Shown piece after piece: positions 27,244 through 37,549 of a DNA stretch of 64,000 nt. Every line of letters starts with the position of its first letter. Position 1 is the first letter of the stretch. The DNA lies in contig OY762463.1 of the NCBI GenBank assembly GCA_963665815.1, forward strand, positions 320,001 through 384,000, given 5' to 3'. This DNA comes from Candidatus Cloacimonadales bacterium. GTDB taxonomy: Bacteria; Cloacimonadota; Cloacimonadia; Cloacimonadales; JAIOQZ01. Below the pieces are notes generated by a model that was not told the origin of the DNA, did no database searches, and was given only the letters and a program-made list of their open reading frames with translations. A program made the translations under genes and the position numbers.

Positions 27244-27640
27244 TCTTGATATAGATATCTCCTGCTATACAATTTCTTATTATCAAGTAACAAATGTTGT
27301 AATAATAAAAAATAGCATGATAGTTGCTGCTTCTATTTCAAAAGACTCTAAAGTTACTATTTTGGGATGCAGTTTAGGTTATACTTATACAGATGGGTTT
27401 GAAGATGAGTTCAAGAAAATTGCTAAAAAAAGATAAACAACTATATCGAAACTTCGTTCCTAAGAAGCGAATTCTCTCCTTAAAGCTCCTGCTAATTTGC
27501 AAAACTGATGTTAGAATCTTACATGAACAGACTTAAATTTGCAATTTTGAATAAAGGTCTTCTTTTCCTATTTTTAATATCAAAGACAAAAATCCTCTCC
27601 ATTCTTTTGAAGTAAGAGTTGATCTCTATGCTTTTTTTAC

Positions 27641-27669
27641 TTGACACTATTATACAAGTATAATAGTGT
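27641..27669 (+). promoter_or_regulatory. Promoter with a perfect 12-bp inverted repeat (probable PadR operator)
   Basis: ACACTATTATAC-AA-GTATAATAGTGT overlapping TTGACA (27641) and TAGTGT 17 nt later. Confidence 0.7.
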
Positions 27670-27700
27670 ACATGTTAAATAGATAAAAAGGAGAATAATT

Positions 27701-28261
27701 ATGTCGTTGCCTATGGGTTTACTCGGTCTGTTAAATTATCTACCTATGAGTGGTTATGATTTAAAGAAAATGTTTGATGATTCCATTCACTTCTTTTGGG
27801 CTGCCCAAACCAGTCAGATTTATCGGGAACTAAAAAAACTCGAAAATAATGGAGACATTGGATCTGAAATGGAAGCAAGTTCAAAAGGTCCCTATAGAAA
27901 AGTTTACTCAATTACTGATCAGGGTCGTGAGACGCTAACAAATTGGTTAACCAGTCCTCCAGACCAAATAAAAGAAGATGTCCGCAATGAACTCAATTTA
28001 CGAATTCTGTTTTCATCAGAGTTGGGATTTACCAAACCTATTGAACAGTTAAAACAACAACTAGCTTTGTATGAACAAGAACTGGCAGATTTATCGGAAG
28101 TTGAAGAAAAACTCCAACATTATTTGCAACTTACAGGACGTAACGATTGTGGTCCATATTGGAGAGTTGCTCTGAGTAAAGGTAAATATATTACCGAAGC
28201 CAATGTCAAGTGGGCTAAAGATTCAATTGAATATCTTAGAGATATCTCAAAAAAAGTGTAA
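27701..28261 (+). CDS. PadR family transcriptional regulator
   Basis: LLGLL...PMSGYDL...FFW.AQTSQIYREL..LE...RKVYSITDQG; AphA-like C-terminal domain; AGGAG RBS. Confidence 0.93.
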   Translation: MSLPMGLLGLLNYLPMSGYDLKKMFDDSIHFFWAAQTSQIYRELKKLENNGDIGSEMEASSKGPYRKVYSITDQGRETLTNWLTSPPDQIKEDVRNELNLRILFSSELGFTKPIEQLKQQLALYEQELADLSEVEEKLQHYLQLTGRNDCGPYWRVALSKGKYITEANVKWAKDSIEYLRDISKKV

Positions 28262-28393
28262 ATCAGAGAAAGTAACTTACAATTATTGATAAAGTTAAAT
28301 ATAATTATCATAAATATCACTGACTGTTTAATTTAATGTTGCTTCATAAGTTTAAAATTTCAGTATGTTCAAAAAAAAATTAATGGAGATTCT

Positions 28394-30007
28394 ATGTCTA
28401 AAATTAACAAAAAAACAAAGTTTCTGATTCTTATAGGAATTCTAATAGTTGTTTCCCCTTTTGTGTATAATGTATATACTTTTTCATACATTCCTAAGCT
28501 TTTCAAACTGAATAAAAAGTGTCAGGAAGAAGGATATTATATGGCTCTTTTTGAGTTTAAGATGCTGGGGCTTTCCTATTATCTGGATAAAGGGGAATAT
28601 CTTGAAGCCAGTAAAAGAATTCGAGAATTATACAATCAGATGAGAACCCGCAAAGGACTGATAAAGGTACCAAACTTCACCAGTAAGGAAGAAGAATATA
28701 ACTTCTATAGGAATTTACAAAATCCTGAAACAGGCTCTTTCATGGATAGTGAGTATCCTTTATGTACACATCACGAGCCAACAAAAAATGTAGTTGCTCA
28801 TCTTGAGAGACTTTCTCTTGAAATAGGTGTCCCATTATCCCTAAAGTATCCTCTAAGATACTTAGAACAGGTTGATACTCCTGAAGAAATGATCAACTAC
28901 TTAAATGATATATCAACTATAAGTTGGCCAGCTTATAAGCTTACTCAAACAACATTTCATCATGCCCGGGATATACTAAGCTTGGCTAATGAAAATGATG
29001 TAATTACACGTAACAAGTTATTTACACCTACGTCTGAGTTAAAGCAAATTTTATTACAATGGTTCTATGATGCTCAGGATCCAGAGACCGGATTATGGGG
29101 ACCTAAATCCAAAAAAGGTAAATTGCTAAAAATGGATCTGAGCAATACTTCATCGATTTTAAAAGCGTTCATCAACGCAAAGGGCGAATACATTCATCCT
29201 CAGTTTCCGGTACATTATCAGGATAAAATCTTCGCATCTGTTTTCAAAGTTGTTTCAGAAGGAACCCCTCAAAGCGATGATCTTGATTTATGGCACGAGT
29301 GGAGACTGAGAACATCCAAAGGATTAAGAGTTTTACCACGCTATCTCTGGAAGAAAGCTTCCATAGAAAATAAGGAAAAGACTGTAGATTTTTATAAACA
29401 ATACGTAGTTAATATTTTTAAACTATATTATGTAAAAAAGGATGGTGCATTTAGTTATTATCCAAAGTCCCAAAAAGCAACTCTTGATGGTACAGGTGTA
29501 TATTCTGTTCTAGTGGAAATGGGTGGTTTATCAAATGAGAATTACCAAAAACTTTGGGGAGATTTTGATCAATCTATCAAAAACAGAAAAAGTATAGAAA
29601 GAAAACACTTCACACAAGAACAATTGGATGGATTGAATAATCATTCGGAAGTAAATTCTATCCGCTTCTATACAACTGAACCGAATTTAGACACATATTG
29701 TTCTGGTGCGGAGTTTGTTTATTATCCCAAAGACACAGATATTCTTGATGCTGTAGAGTTGATTAGCAATATAAAATCATGGCTATCAATAACAGATCAA
29801 TCTATGGGTAATTGGGTAGCAAAAAGTCAAATTGAAAATTCACTAAAAGTTTTTAATTGGTCATCAACTAATTCATTTAAGGAATTACCTGAAAACTATA
29901 TCAACACAGCTTTAAAAGAAAACGGAGAAGTATACTTTATAGCATACAACACGTTATCTCTACCTGTGTACAAACTTAAAATTACATCAAATGAGAAGAA
30001 AAAATAA
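28394..30007 (+). CDS. Hypothetical membrane-anchored protein
   Basis: Long ORF with GGAG RBS and N-terminal TM helix; QNPETGSF and QDPETGLWG repeats. Confidence 0.7.
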   Translation: MSKINKKTKFLILIGILIVVSPFVYNVYTFSYIPKLFKLNKKCQEEGYYMALFEFKMLGLSYYLDKGEYLEASKRIRELYNQMRTRKGLIKVPNFTSKEEEYNFYRNLQNPETGSFMDSEYPLCTHHEPTKNVVAHLERLSLEIGVPLSLKYPLRYLEQVDTPEEMINYLNDISTISWPAYKLTQTTFHHARDILSLANENDVITRNKLFTPTSELKQILLQWFYDAQDPETGLWGPKSKKGKLLKMDLSNTSSILKAFINAKGEYIHPQFPVHYQDKIFASVFKVVSEGTPQSDDLDLWHEWRLRTSKGLRVLPRYLWKKASIENKEKTVDFYKQYVVNIFKLYYVKKDGAFSYYPKSQKATLDGTGVYSVLVEMGGLSNENYQKLWGDFDQSIKNRKSIERKHFTQEQLDGLNNHSEVNSIRFYTTEPNLDTYCSGAEFVYYPKDTDILDAVELISNIKSWLSITDQSMGNWVAKSQIENSLKVFNWSSTNSFKELPENYINTALKENGEVYFIAYNTLSLPVYKLKITSNEKKK

Positions 30008-30213
30008 TGAAAAGAATACTCATACTATTATTCACTCTATCACTATTTACAAATGAAGCCAATGACAAGTTTTCGTTACAAGGAACAATCGTATATGAAG
30101 ATGCCCGGAAGATTCATTTATCTAATAGTACCGAAGCTAAGTTTAAAGGTAATGATGTTGGTAACTATGATAAACTGGTAACGAACCCAACTTATGTTGG
30201 ATTGAAAGGTTAA
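30007..30213 (+). CDS. Short exported protein or gene fragment
   Basis: Signal-peptide-like start; overlaps the upstream stop codon. Confidence 0.35.
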   Translation: MKRILILLFTLSLFTNEANDKFSLQGTIVYEDARKIHLSNSTEAKFKGNDVGNYDKLVTNPTYVGLKG

Positions 30214-30214
30214 T

Positions 30215-31282
30215 ATGTTTTTTTCAGCAAGTAAATATAGATACATAATAGTGGTATTTGCAATGGTCTTAAACTTTAATTTGATGGCCCAAGTTACAAA
30301 ACCGGAAAAGAATAAATTCCCCAAAGAGTCTTGGGGAGTAGGAGTACACCCAATAATAGGGGTTAGTGATACTGATGGTTTAACTTTGGGTGCTGCTATG
30401 GCTTTTTATTTTGAGCCAGAGGATAGAAATCAGGATACAGATGAACTGGGATCCTCAATAAGTTTTAATTTCTCCAGACAGTATGATATTTTGTTGGACT
30501 ATAGCAAGTATTTTAAAGATAACTGGCTGAGTTTAGACTTGAAGTCTGGTTATCAGAACTATCCGGATGATTATAATGATATGGATTATAATGCAGAGTA
30601 TATTCCATTTAGAATTGCAGCGAACTTTGTCGTTTCCGAAAATACTTATATTGGGGTGTCCTATAGCTTCAAATTTTCTAAAACTTCTTTTGTGAATAAT
30701 GAGACTGCTAACAGTACCATAATTGGAGTTGGTAAAAAGTGCCTTTCTGGTTTAGGAGGACAGTTAGTGTATAAGAATATTCCTAAAGGACAAATATATA
30801 GAAGAGAAGGTAATTTGTTTAAAGTTTCATTCACACATTTTAACCCGGCTTTAGGAAGTTCACTCAAGTTTACAGAATCTGAAATTGATTATAGGCATTA
30901 CTTTCCAGTATGGGAAAAATGTGTCCTGGCATTTCAAATTGTGGGGAAATCCTCCTTCGGAGATGTACCATTTTACGATATCTTGGAGCTTAAAGGGAAA
31001 ATGATTCTGCGAGGAGCTAGTAGTATGTCAGGAAATTATTTTTTAGCTGGGCAAACAGAGTTAAGGTTTCCTGTCTGGTGGAGGTTCGGTGCAACAGTGT
31101 TTGCTGGAATGGGTGAAGTAGAAGAAAACCTTAGTGATTTTTGTACAAGAAAAAGCGTTGCTGGTGGAATCGGTTTACGTATAGTTCTAAATAAGAAAAA
31201 GAATATAAATTTAAGATTTGATTTTGCTTTCAATGAAGAAGGAAGTAAGAGTGTAGTAATGAAAATTAAAGAAGCTTTCTAG
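30215..31282 (+). CDS. BamA/TamA (Omp85) family barrel-only outer-membrane protein
   Basis: DYRHYFP, GDVPFY...LRG, ELRFPVWWRFG..VF.G.G, GGIGLR, NLRFDFA; ends KEAF. Confidence 0.8.
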   Translation: MFFSASKYRYIIVVFAMVLNFNLMAQVTKPEKNKFPKESWGVGVHPIIGVSDTDGLTLGAAMAFYFEPEDRNQDTDELGSSISFNFSRQYDILLDYSKYFKDNWLSLDLKSGYQNYPDDYNDMDYNAEYIPFRIAANFVVSENTYIGVSYSFKFSKTSFVNNETANSTIIGVGKKCLSGLGGQLVYKNIPKGQIYRREGNLFKVSFTHFNPALGSSLKFTESEIDYRHYFPVWEKCVLAFQIVGKSSFGDVPFYDILELKGKMILRGASSMSGNYFLAGQTELRFPVWWRFGATVFAGMGEVEENLSDFCTRKSVAGGIGLRIVLNKKKNINLRFDFAFNEEGSKSVVMKIKEAF

Positions 31283-31531
31283 TACCTTCCAGCAACTTGT
31301 GATTTTCCAGTTATGGACTATTAATTTATTTTTTATAAAAGAACTATACAAAGAGTTCAGAAATCAATATATTTATATATCAGAATAAAGTGGAATATTA
31401 ACATGATTGATTTTACATTTATTATGTCTTGTAAACTTTAACTTAATCTCTCGCTTCATGTAAGTAATCACTTAGTCAATTGACTTGCTGATTCTATATT
31501 TTACAAAATAGTCCTTGTACATTGAGTGAGT

Positions 31532-31692
31532 ATGAATAAAATAATCAACATATCTACTGGAGAAGTTAAAAAGGTAATAAAAAGAGTACACTGATATCAA
31601 ATGGTATCGGCTCCTGTATTGTAGTTGCAGCTATCAATTTTAAAGGAAAGTATATTCTTCTCAGAATTTTTCCCATAATTGCCTTTCATTGA
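31532..31692 (+). pseudogene. cheD: Truncated, frameshifted cheD (chemoreceptor glutamine deamidase) remnant
   Basis: MNKIINISTGEVK, then a frameshift to GNKKSTLISNGIGSCIVVAAIN, matching the CheD N-terminus with catalytic GSC. Confidence 0.6.
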
Positions 31693-31869
31693 ATAAAAAT
31701 GGATTTAATATTGTCAAGGGAATCATAAAAATATTATCTTTTTCCTGTGCAAAAGAAATTTCGAAAAGAATTTATTTACAATATGAAATTATTTTCTTGT
31801 TTTCGAAATTATATTGGCTAAATTTTATTATAAACCTCATTAAGAACTGAGTATACAAGGAAACTCTAT

Positions 31870-34800
31870 ATGCTAAATTCTTTAAAATCCAGAATAATTT
31901 TTACAATAAGCGGCATAATTATAATCTCTTTTATAATTAAAACTGTAATTATAGGTTACATCGCTGAATCCAAAATGGAAGAGGCTTTTGAAAACAATGC
32001 CATGAACCTTCTTAATGCTACAACGAATCTGGTGAAAGTCGAATACAATAGTATACAATATAGTAATAATTCTATGCTGGAGAATAGAAAAACAGATCTG
32101 AAGACAAATGTGAAATTTTTGATAAAGTTTATGGATAGCGTTTATAGAGGATACAGGAACAGAAGAATTTCGGAAGATTTAGCTAAGGAATATGTAATAA
32201 ATTACATTAAAAATCTGCGTTATAATGAAGGAGTTGGTTATTTCTGGATAAATGATATTGGACGACCTTACCCCAAAATGATAATGCATCCTACAATCCC
32301 CGAGTTAGACAACTCGATTCTTGATAATCCTGAATTCAATTGTGCTTTAGGAAAAAACGAAAATCTGTTTAAAGCTTTTGTCGATTCCTGTCTTCATGAT
32401 GGTAGTGGTTTCATAGATTATTATTGGCCTAAACCTACGAAGGAAGGATTAACGGAATTACAACCTAAATTATCGTATGTTGAACTTTATGATAAATGGA
32501 ACTGGATTATTGGTACCGGTATTTACATGGATGATCTCGAAATTGAGAAAGTGAATAGAATTGATGCTGTAGTTGAGAATCTTAACGAGGCACTTAAACA
32601 ACAAAAGGTAGGAGAACATGGTTATCTGTTTATTTTCACTGATGCAAATCAAATATTAGTTCATCCTACAATGAAAAAGTCCGATCTTATTACATTTGTC
32701 AATCTGGAGACAGGCAATTTTCTGATGGATGATTTGCGACAGACTGTTAAATCTGGAAAACATACACTTGAATATTCATATGGTAGACCGGGATTTGATG
32801 AACAGAAATACATAAAAGATCCACGCAGTAACGAAGACATACTTGTTCGTAAAAAGGCATATATCAACTATTTTGAGCCACTTGGATGGTATATTTGCAG
32901 TTCTGTTTATATAGATGATATGAAAAAGAATGTAAATCATCTATTGCATGCGATTATATTATTTTCATCAATTTTCTTAGTAATCGCTGTTATTGTATCG
33001 TATTTACTTTCCAAAAGTATAGTGAATCCAATTAACAAACTTATAGAATCTTTGCATAATTCAGATTCTGAAGGGTTCCCCTTAAGTTCTGTACCGGTAG
33101 TTGGTACGGCAGAGATAAAAATATTCGCCTCAACTTTGAACAAAATGCTGAATTCTGTAATTGAATCAAGAAGCAGGCTGAAACAGAGTGAAGGACGTTT
33201 CAGGGGGCTTATTGAGTCATCCTGTGACCTTATCTGGGAGCTTAACGGGAAAGGTGAATTCACTTATATCAGTCCTCAGGCATTTGAAATCCTTGGGTAT
33301 GAAGAAGATGAACTGTATGGTAAGAAATTTCATGACATTCTTGTTCCGGGAGATAAGGATATTAATCCTATAATGTATGGGAAAATCTCTGAATTTAAAG
33401 ATCCTATTGTCCAGAAGGAGTATATCGGAGTACATAAGTCAGGTAAGAAGATTATTCTTGAGACAAGTGGTCTGCCTGTTTACAATGACGAAAATGAGAT
33501 GATTGGATTCAGAGGTGTTACTCGCGATATAACTGAGAGAAAAGAAACTGAACAGTTCATGCGACTTGTTCAGTACGGAGTAAATAAGGCAAGGGATAGT
33601 GTAATCTGGTTTAATAGTGAGACTCAAATTGTATATGTAAATGATGCTGCTTCGGATATGCTTGGTTATTCCAAAGATGAATTGCTTAAAATGAAAATTC
33701 CTCAAATAGACTCTCAGTTCCCTTTGACAAATTGGGAAAAGCATATGACTGCCTTGAGACATGCAGGTTTCAAGAAGTATGAATCAGTATTTCTCAGTCG
33801 TGATAATATGGAAATCCCTGTTGAGATTACAAGTAATTATCTGGAATTTGAGGGAGAAGAAGGAGCATTTCTTTTCGTAAGGGATATTACACTAAGGAAA
33901 GCAACTGAGAATGCATTAAGAGAAAGTGAATCAAAATACAGAGGGTTGATTGAATCATCAAGTGATTTGATTTGGGAAGTCAACAAAAAGGGTCTGTATA
34001 CTTATGTAAGCCCTCAGATTGAATCTATTCTGGGCTATTCTCCTGAAGAAGTGATAGGAAAAACACCTTTTGACTTCATGTCTGAATCTGAGAGCGAAAA
34101 AATCGAAAATGATTTTACCGTAAGGTTCAGGAATAAGGAAGTTCTTAGAATGCTTGAAAATATAAACATTCATAAGAATGGTAATGAGGTTGTGCTTGAA
34201 ACAAGTGGAGTCCCGATATTCAGTGAAGAAGGGGAATTTGTGGGCTACAGAGGAGTAGATAGAGACATAACTCAGAAAAAACTTCAGCAGAAAAAAATTC
34301 AGGAAAGAACAGAACAGCTATCTAAGGCTAATCAAGAACTTTTAAAGCATAAAGAACATTTGGAAGAGCTTGTAAATGAAAGAACAGAAGAGTTAAGGGA
34401 TTCTTTGATAAATCTCAAAAAAGCACAGGATTTCCTTATTCAGTCAGAAAAGATGGCAGCTCTGGGTGGATTAGTTGCCGGTGTAGCTCACGAAATAAAT
34501 ACACCTGTAGGTATTGGGGTTACTGCAGCATCCTTCCTTGAGGTGAAAACAACTGAAATTGAGGAAAAATTTAACACAAACGGTCTTAAGAAGAGTAACC
34601 TTAAGGAATACTTCTCTATTGCGCGTGATAGCTCCAGAATGTTGCTGTCAAACATGAAGAGAGCTGCTGATCTGATTCAGAGTTTTAAACAGGTTGCTGT
34701 TGATCAGGCAAGTAAAGAAAGAAGAAAATTCATGATGAAGGAATACATGACAGAGATTCTTGCTAGTCTGAGTTCAAAGTTTAAGAGATCAAAACATACA

Positions 34801-35202
34801 ATCAGTATCCAATGTGAAGAAGATATTGAGGTAAATAGTTTTCCGGGTGCTTTTTCTCAAATAATGACAAATCTTATCATGAATAGTCTTAAACATGGTT
34901 TTGAAGATTTAGAAGCAGGTCATATAAACATTAGAATTGAAAGAAGTGGGGAAAATGTTAAACTTGTTTATACTGATAATGGTAAAGGAATTCCACAGAA
35001 AAACCTGATAAAAGTGTTTGATCCTTTCTTCACAACTAAGAGAGGTCAGGGTGGAAGCGGATTAGGTATGCATATTGTATATAATCTGGTCACTCAATCT
35101 CTCGGTGGAAGCATAACCTGTGACAGCGTGGAAAGTGAAAGTACTGAATTTGTTATTGACTTTCCTGTAGATTATAAAATAACTGATGAAATAAATGAAT
35201 AA
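31870..35202 (+). CDS. Sensor histidine kinase: two Cache domains, HAMP, three PAS domains, HisKA, HATPase
   Basis: GYFWIND...MHP and WIIGTGIY Cache motifs; three PAS repeats ending RDITE; LVAGVAHEINTP H-box; DNGKG, FFTTK, GSGLG. Confidence 0.95.
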   Translation: MLNSLKSRIIFTISGIIIISFIIKTVIIGYIAESKMEEAFENNAMNLLNATTNLVKVEYNSIQYSNNSMLENRKTDLKTNVKFLIKFMDSVYRGYRNRRISEDLAKEYVINYIKNLRYNEGVGYFWINDIGRPYPKMIMHPTIPELDNSILDNPEFNCALGKNENLFKAFVDSCLHDGSGFIDYYWPKPTKEGLTELQPKLSYVELYDKWNWIIGTGIYMDDLEIEKVNRIDAVVENLNEALKQQKVGEHGYLFIFTDANQILVHPTMKKSDLITFVNLETGNFLMDDLRQTVKSGKHTLEYSYGRPGFDEQKYIKDPRSNEDILVRKKAYINYFEPLGWYICSSVYIDDMKKNVNHLLHAIILFSSIFLVIAVIVSYLLSKSIVNPINKLIESLHNSDSEGFPLSSVPVVGTAEIKIFASTLNKMLNSVIESRSRLKQSEGRFRGLIESSCDLIWELNGKGEFTYISPQAFEILGYEEDELYGKKFHDILVPGDKDINPIMYGKISEFKDPIVQKEYIGVHKSGKKIILETSGLPVYNDENEMIGFRGVTRDITERKETEQFMRLVQYGVNKARDSVIWFNSETQIVYVNDAASDMLGYSKDELLKMKIPQIDSQFPLTNWEKHMTALRHAGFKKYESVFLSRDNMEIPVEITSNYLEFEGEEGAFLFVRDITLRKATENALRESESKYRGLIESSSDLIWEVNKKGLYTYVSPQIESILGYSPEEVIGKTPFDFMSESESEKIENDFTVRFRNKEVLRMLENINIHKNGNEVVLETSGVPIFSEEGEFVGYRGVDRDITQKKLQQKKIQERTEQLSKANQELLKHKEHLEELVNERTEELRDSLINLKKAQDFLIQSEKMAALGGLVAGVAHEINTPVGIGVTAASFLEVKTTEIEEKFNTNGLKKSNLKEYFSIARDSSRMLLSNMKRAADLIQSFKQVAVDQASKERRKFMMKEYMTEILASLSSKFKRSKHTISIQCEEDIEVNSFPGAFSQIMTNLIMNSLKHGFEDLEAGHINIRIERSGENVKLVYTDNGKGIPQKNLIKVFDPFFTTKRGQGGSGLGMHIVYNLVTQSLGGSITCDSVESESTEFVIDFPVDYKITDEINE

Positions 35203-35221
35203 TATTAGCATGGGATGATTT

Positions 35222-36511
35222 ATGGAAACACTAAACGATAAAGATACTGATTTTCTGACATTTCTTGATGATGACGACAGTTCAGAATCAGATATGAGTA
35301 ATCCATGGAAATTACTGATTGTCGACGATGATGAAGAAATTCATAACATTACTTCAATTGTTCTGAGTGGATTTTCATATGATAGTCGATCATTATTGTT
35401 TCTTCACGCTTATTCCGGGGATGAAGCTGAGATGATTGTAAAAGATAATCCTGATATAGCTGTTATTCTTCTGGATGTTGTTATGGAAACAGAAGATTCA
35501 GGCTTAAAAGTTGTAAAACATATCAGAAATAAGCTGATGAACAAATATGTGAGGATAATCCTGAGAACAGGACAACCAGGGCAGGCCCCCGAACAGCATG
35601 TTATTGAAAATTACGATATTAATGATTACAAGGAGAAAACAGAACTAACTGCTCAGAAACTTGTTACTTCAATTGTTGCTTCTCTCAGAACATATGAAAG
35701 CATGCAGACCATTGTCAGGCTTAATGCAGAGCTTGAACAGAAAGTTCTTATACGAACTGCCGAACTTCAGGAATCACTGGAAGTTATTAAACGAGATGAG
35801 GAAGCAGGAAGGAAGATACAGTTCAAACTCCTGCCTGATAAATCAAAAAAGATTGCTCAATACAAGTTTTCGCATAGAATTATTCCATCTCTATATCTCA
35901 GTGGAGACTTTCTTGATTACTTTGAAATCAATAAAAATACGATTGGATTCTATATTGCAGATGTTTCAGGGCATGGTGCCTCGTCTGCATTTGTAACTGT
36001 TCTTCTTAAGGGATATGTTAACAATATGGTTGAGAAATACAGAGCTGATAAAGATGACATTATCTGTAGACCGGATAAACTTGTTAAAGCTGTTAATAAA
36101 CTTCTGTTATCTGAAGATATTGAGAAACACCTTACATTGTTCTATGGAGTTATCGATACAGCAAAAAACACATTGAAATTCTCAAATGGTGGACAATACC
36201 CCTTCCCATATCTATACAATCAGGATGAGATAGAAATACTTGATTATAAAGGATTCCCAGTTGGATTACTTGAGTTTGCAGAATTTGACCTGCATGAAGT
36301 AATGCTTCCGGGGGTATTTAATTTAACATTCTTTTCAGATGGGATACTCGAAATCTTAGATGATCAGAATATGAATATGTCAGAAGAACTGAAAAATCTT
36401 GTGACAAAAACTAAGGGAGATATTAACTCAATGGTCAGGAATACAAGAGCTGATAAACTTAAGAATATTCCTGATGATTTGACTTTTTTTACAATCAGTA
36501 AAGGAATTTAA
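35222..36511 (+). CDS. Response regulator with PP2C/SpoIIE phosphatase output
   Basis: REC (LIVDDD, LLDVVME, RTGQPG); SGDFLDY, IADVSGHG, FSDG, DDLT. Confidence 0.93.
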   Translation: METLNDKDTDFLTFLDDDDSSESDMSNPWKLLIVDDDEEIHNITSIVLSGFSYDSRSLLFLHAYSGDEAEMIVKDNPDIAVILLDVVMETEDSGLKVVKHIRNKLMNKYVRIILRTGQPGQAPEQHVIENYDINDYKEKTELTAQKLVTSIVASLRTYESMQTIVRLNAELEQKVLIRTAELQESLEVIKRDEEAGRKIQFKLLPDKSKKIAQYKFSHRIIPSLYLSGDFLDYFEINKNTIGFYIADVSGHGASSAFVTVLLKGYVNNMVEKYRADKDDIICRPDKLVKAVNKLLLSEDIEKHLTLFYGVIDTAKNTLKFSNGGQYPFPYLYNQDEIEILDYKGFPVGLLEFAEFDLHEVMLPGVFNLTFFSDGILEILDDQNMNMSEELKNLVTKTKGDINSMVRNTRADKLKNIPDDLTFFTISKGI

Positions 36512-36525
36512 CGAGGTAAAATATA

Positions 36526-37014
36526 ATGAATGATGCTGAATATCTTATTGCAGAAAGAAGCGGTAGAATATTTATCAAGATAGTAGGAAACGCTCGCTAT
36601 ACAAACTCAGCAGAGTTTGGCAATTTTGTATTAAATGATCTCTTAAAGAAATCACATTCTGAAGAGGTATTGCTTGATCTTTCGGAAACTAAATTCATGG
36701 ACAGTACGGTAATGGGATTGATAGCCAGACTTGCTGGATATTCTATCTCGAAGTTTCAGGCAAAACTTAAAGTGAAATCTCAGAATAAGGTAATTAATGA
36801 CTTGTTATACAACACCGGTTTCAACGATTACATTCTGATTATTGATGATATAGATGAGCAGAATTATAAAGGTCTAAATTGTAGTGATAATCATGATAAC
36901 TCGCTGGAAAAACTGATACTTGAAGCTCATAAAGCCCTGTCAGAAATGAATGAAATTAATAGAAAAGAATTTAAAACTGTTATTGAAATGCTGTCTAAGT
37001 CTCAGGAGGACTAA
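36526..37014 (+). CDS. STAS-domain anti-sigma-factor antagonist
   Basis: LLDLSETKFMDSTVMGLI motif; C-terminal ILEAHKALSEMNE.N..EFK. Confidence 0.88.
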   Translation: MNDAEYLIAERSGRIFIKIVGNARYTNSAEFGNFVLNDLLKKSHSEEVLLDLSETKFMDSTVMGLIARLAGYSISKFQAKLKVKSQNKVINDLLYNTGFNDYILIIDDIDEQNYKGLNCSDNHDNSLEKLILEAHKALSEMNEINRKEFKTVIEMLSKSQED

Positions 37015-37461
37015 ATGGGAAGATGTAACACAAATAAATTTGAAAAAAATAACAGAACATGGAAAATCCTGATTGTTGATGATGAGCAGGATATTCATAA
37101 AATAATTAAAATGATTTTCGATAATCATAAAATAGATGACATGAATCTGGAGATTTTCAGTGCATGCAATTCAGATGAAGCTATCTTTTTACTGAAGGAG
37201 AACAGTGATATTGCTGTTGCCCTGGTTGATATTGTCATGGAAACAGAGGATGCCGGTATAAACTGTGTAAGGAGAATAAGAAACGAGCTTAAAAATGATA
37301 AAATCAGATTGATTCTTAAAACAGGCTATCCAAGTCAAATACCAGGACCAGAAATTCTGGAGGCATTCGATATAAGTATGTTTAAGCAGGAAACGGATCT
37401 TACAACACAGATTATTATTGAGATGATATGTACTTCTATTAAGGAGTTTCAGACAAAATAA
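37015..37461 (+). CDS. Stand-alone receiver-domain protein
   Basis: WKILIVDDE, LVDIVMETEDAG; paralogous to the REC domain of 35222-36511. Confidence 0.85.
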   Translation: MGRCNTNKFEKNNRTWKILIVDDEQDIHKIIKMIFDNHKIDDMNLEIFSACNSDEAIFLLKENSDIAVALVDIVMETEDAGINCVRRIRNELKNDKIRLILKTGYPSQIPGPEILEAFDISMFKQETDLTTQIIIEMICTSIKEFQTK

Positions 37462-37549
37462 AACGAAAAATCAATTTTAGACAATTTTCACTGTATAGAT
37501 CAGGAAATGGATTGATTTTGATTACATATAACATAAAAGGAGACAATAA

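Noticed and set aside
27137-27436. 99-aa plus-strand ORF as a real gene
   Set aside because: First half is antisense to the esterase remnant; no RBS; probably a chance join of fragments
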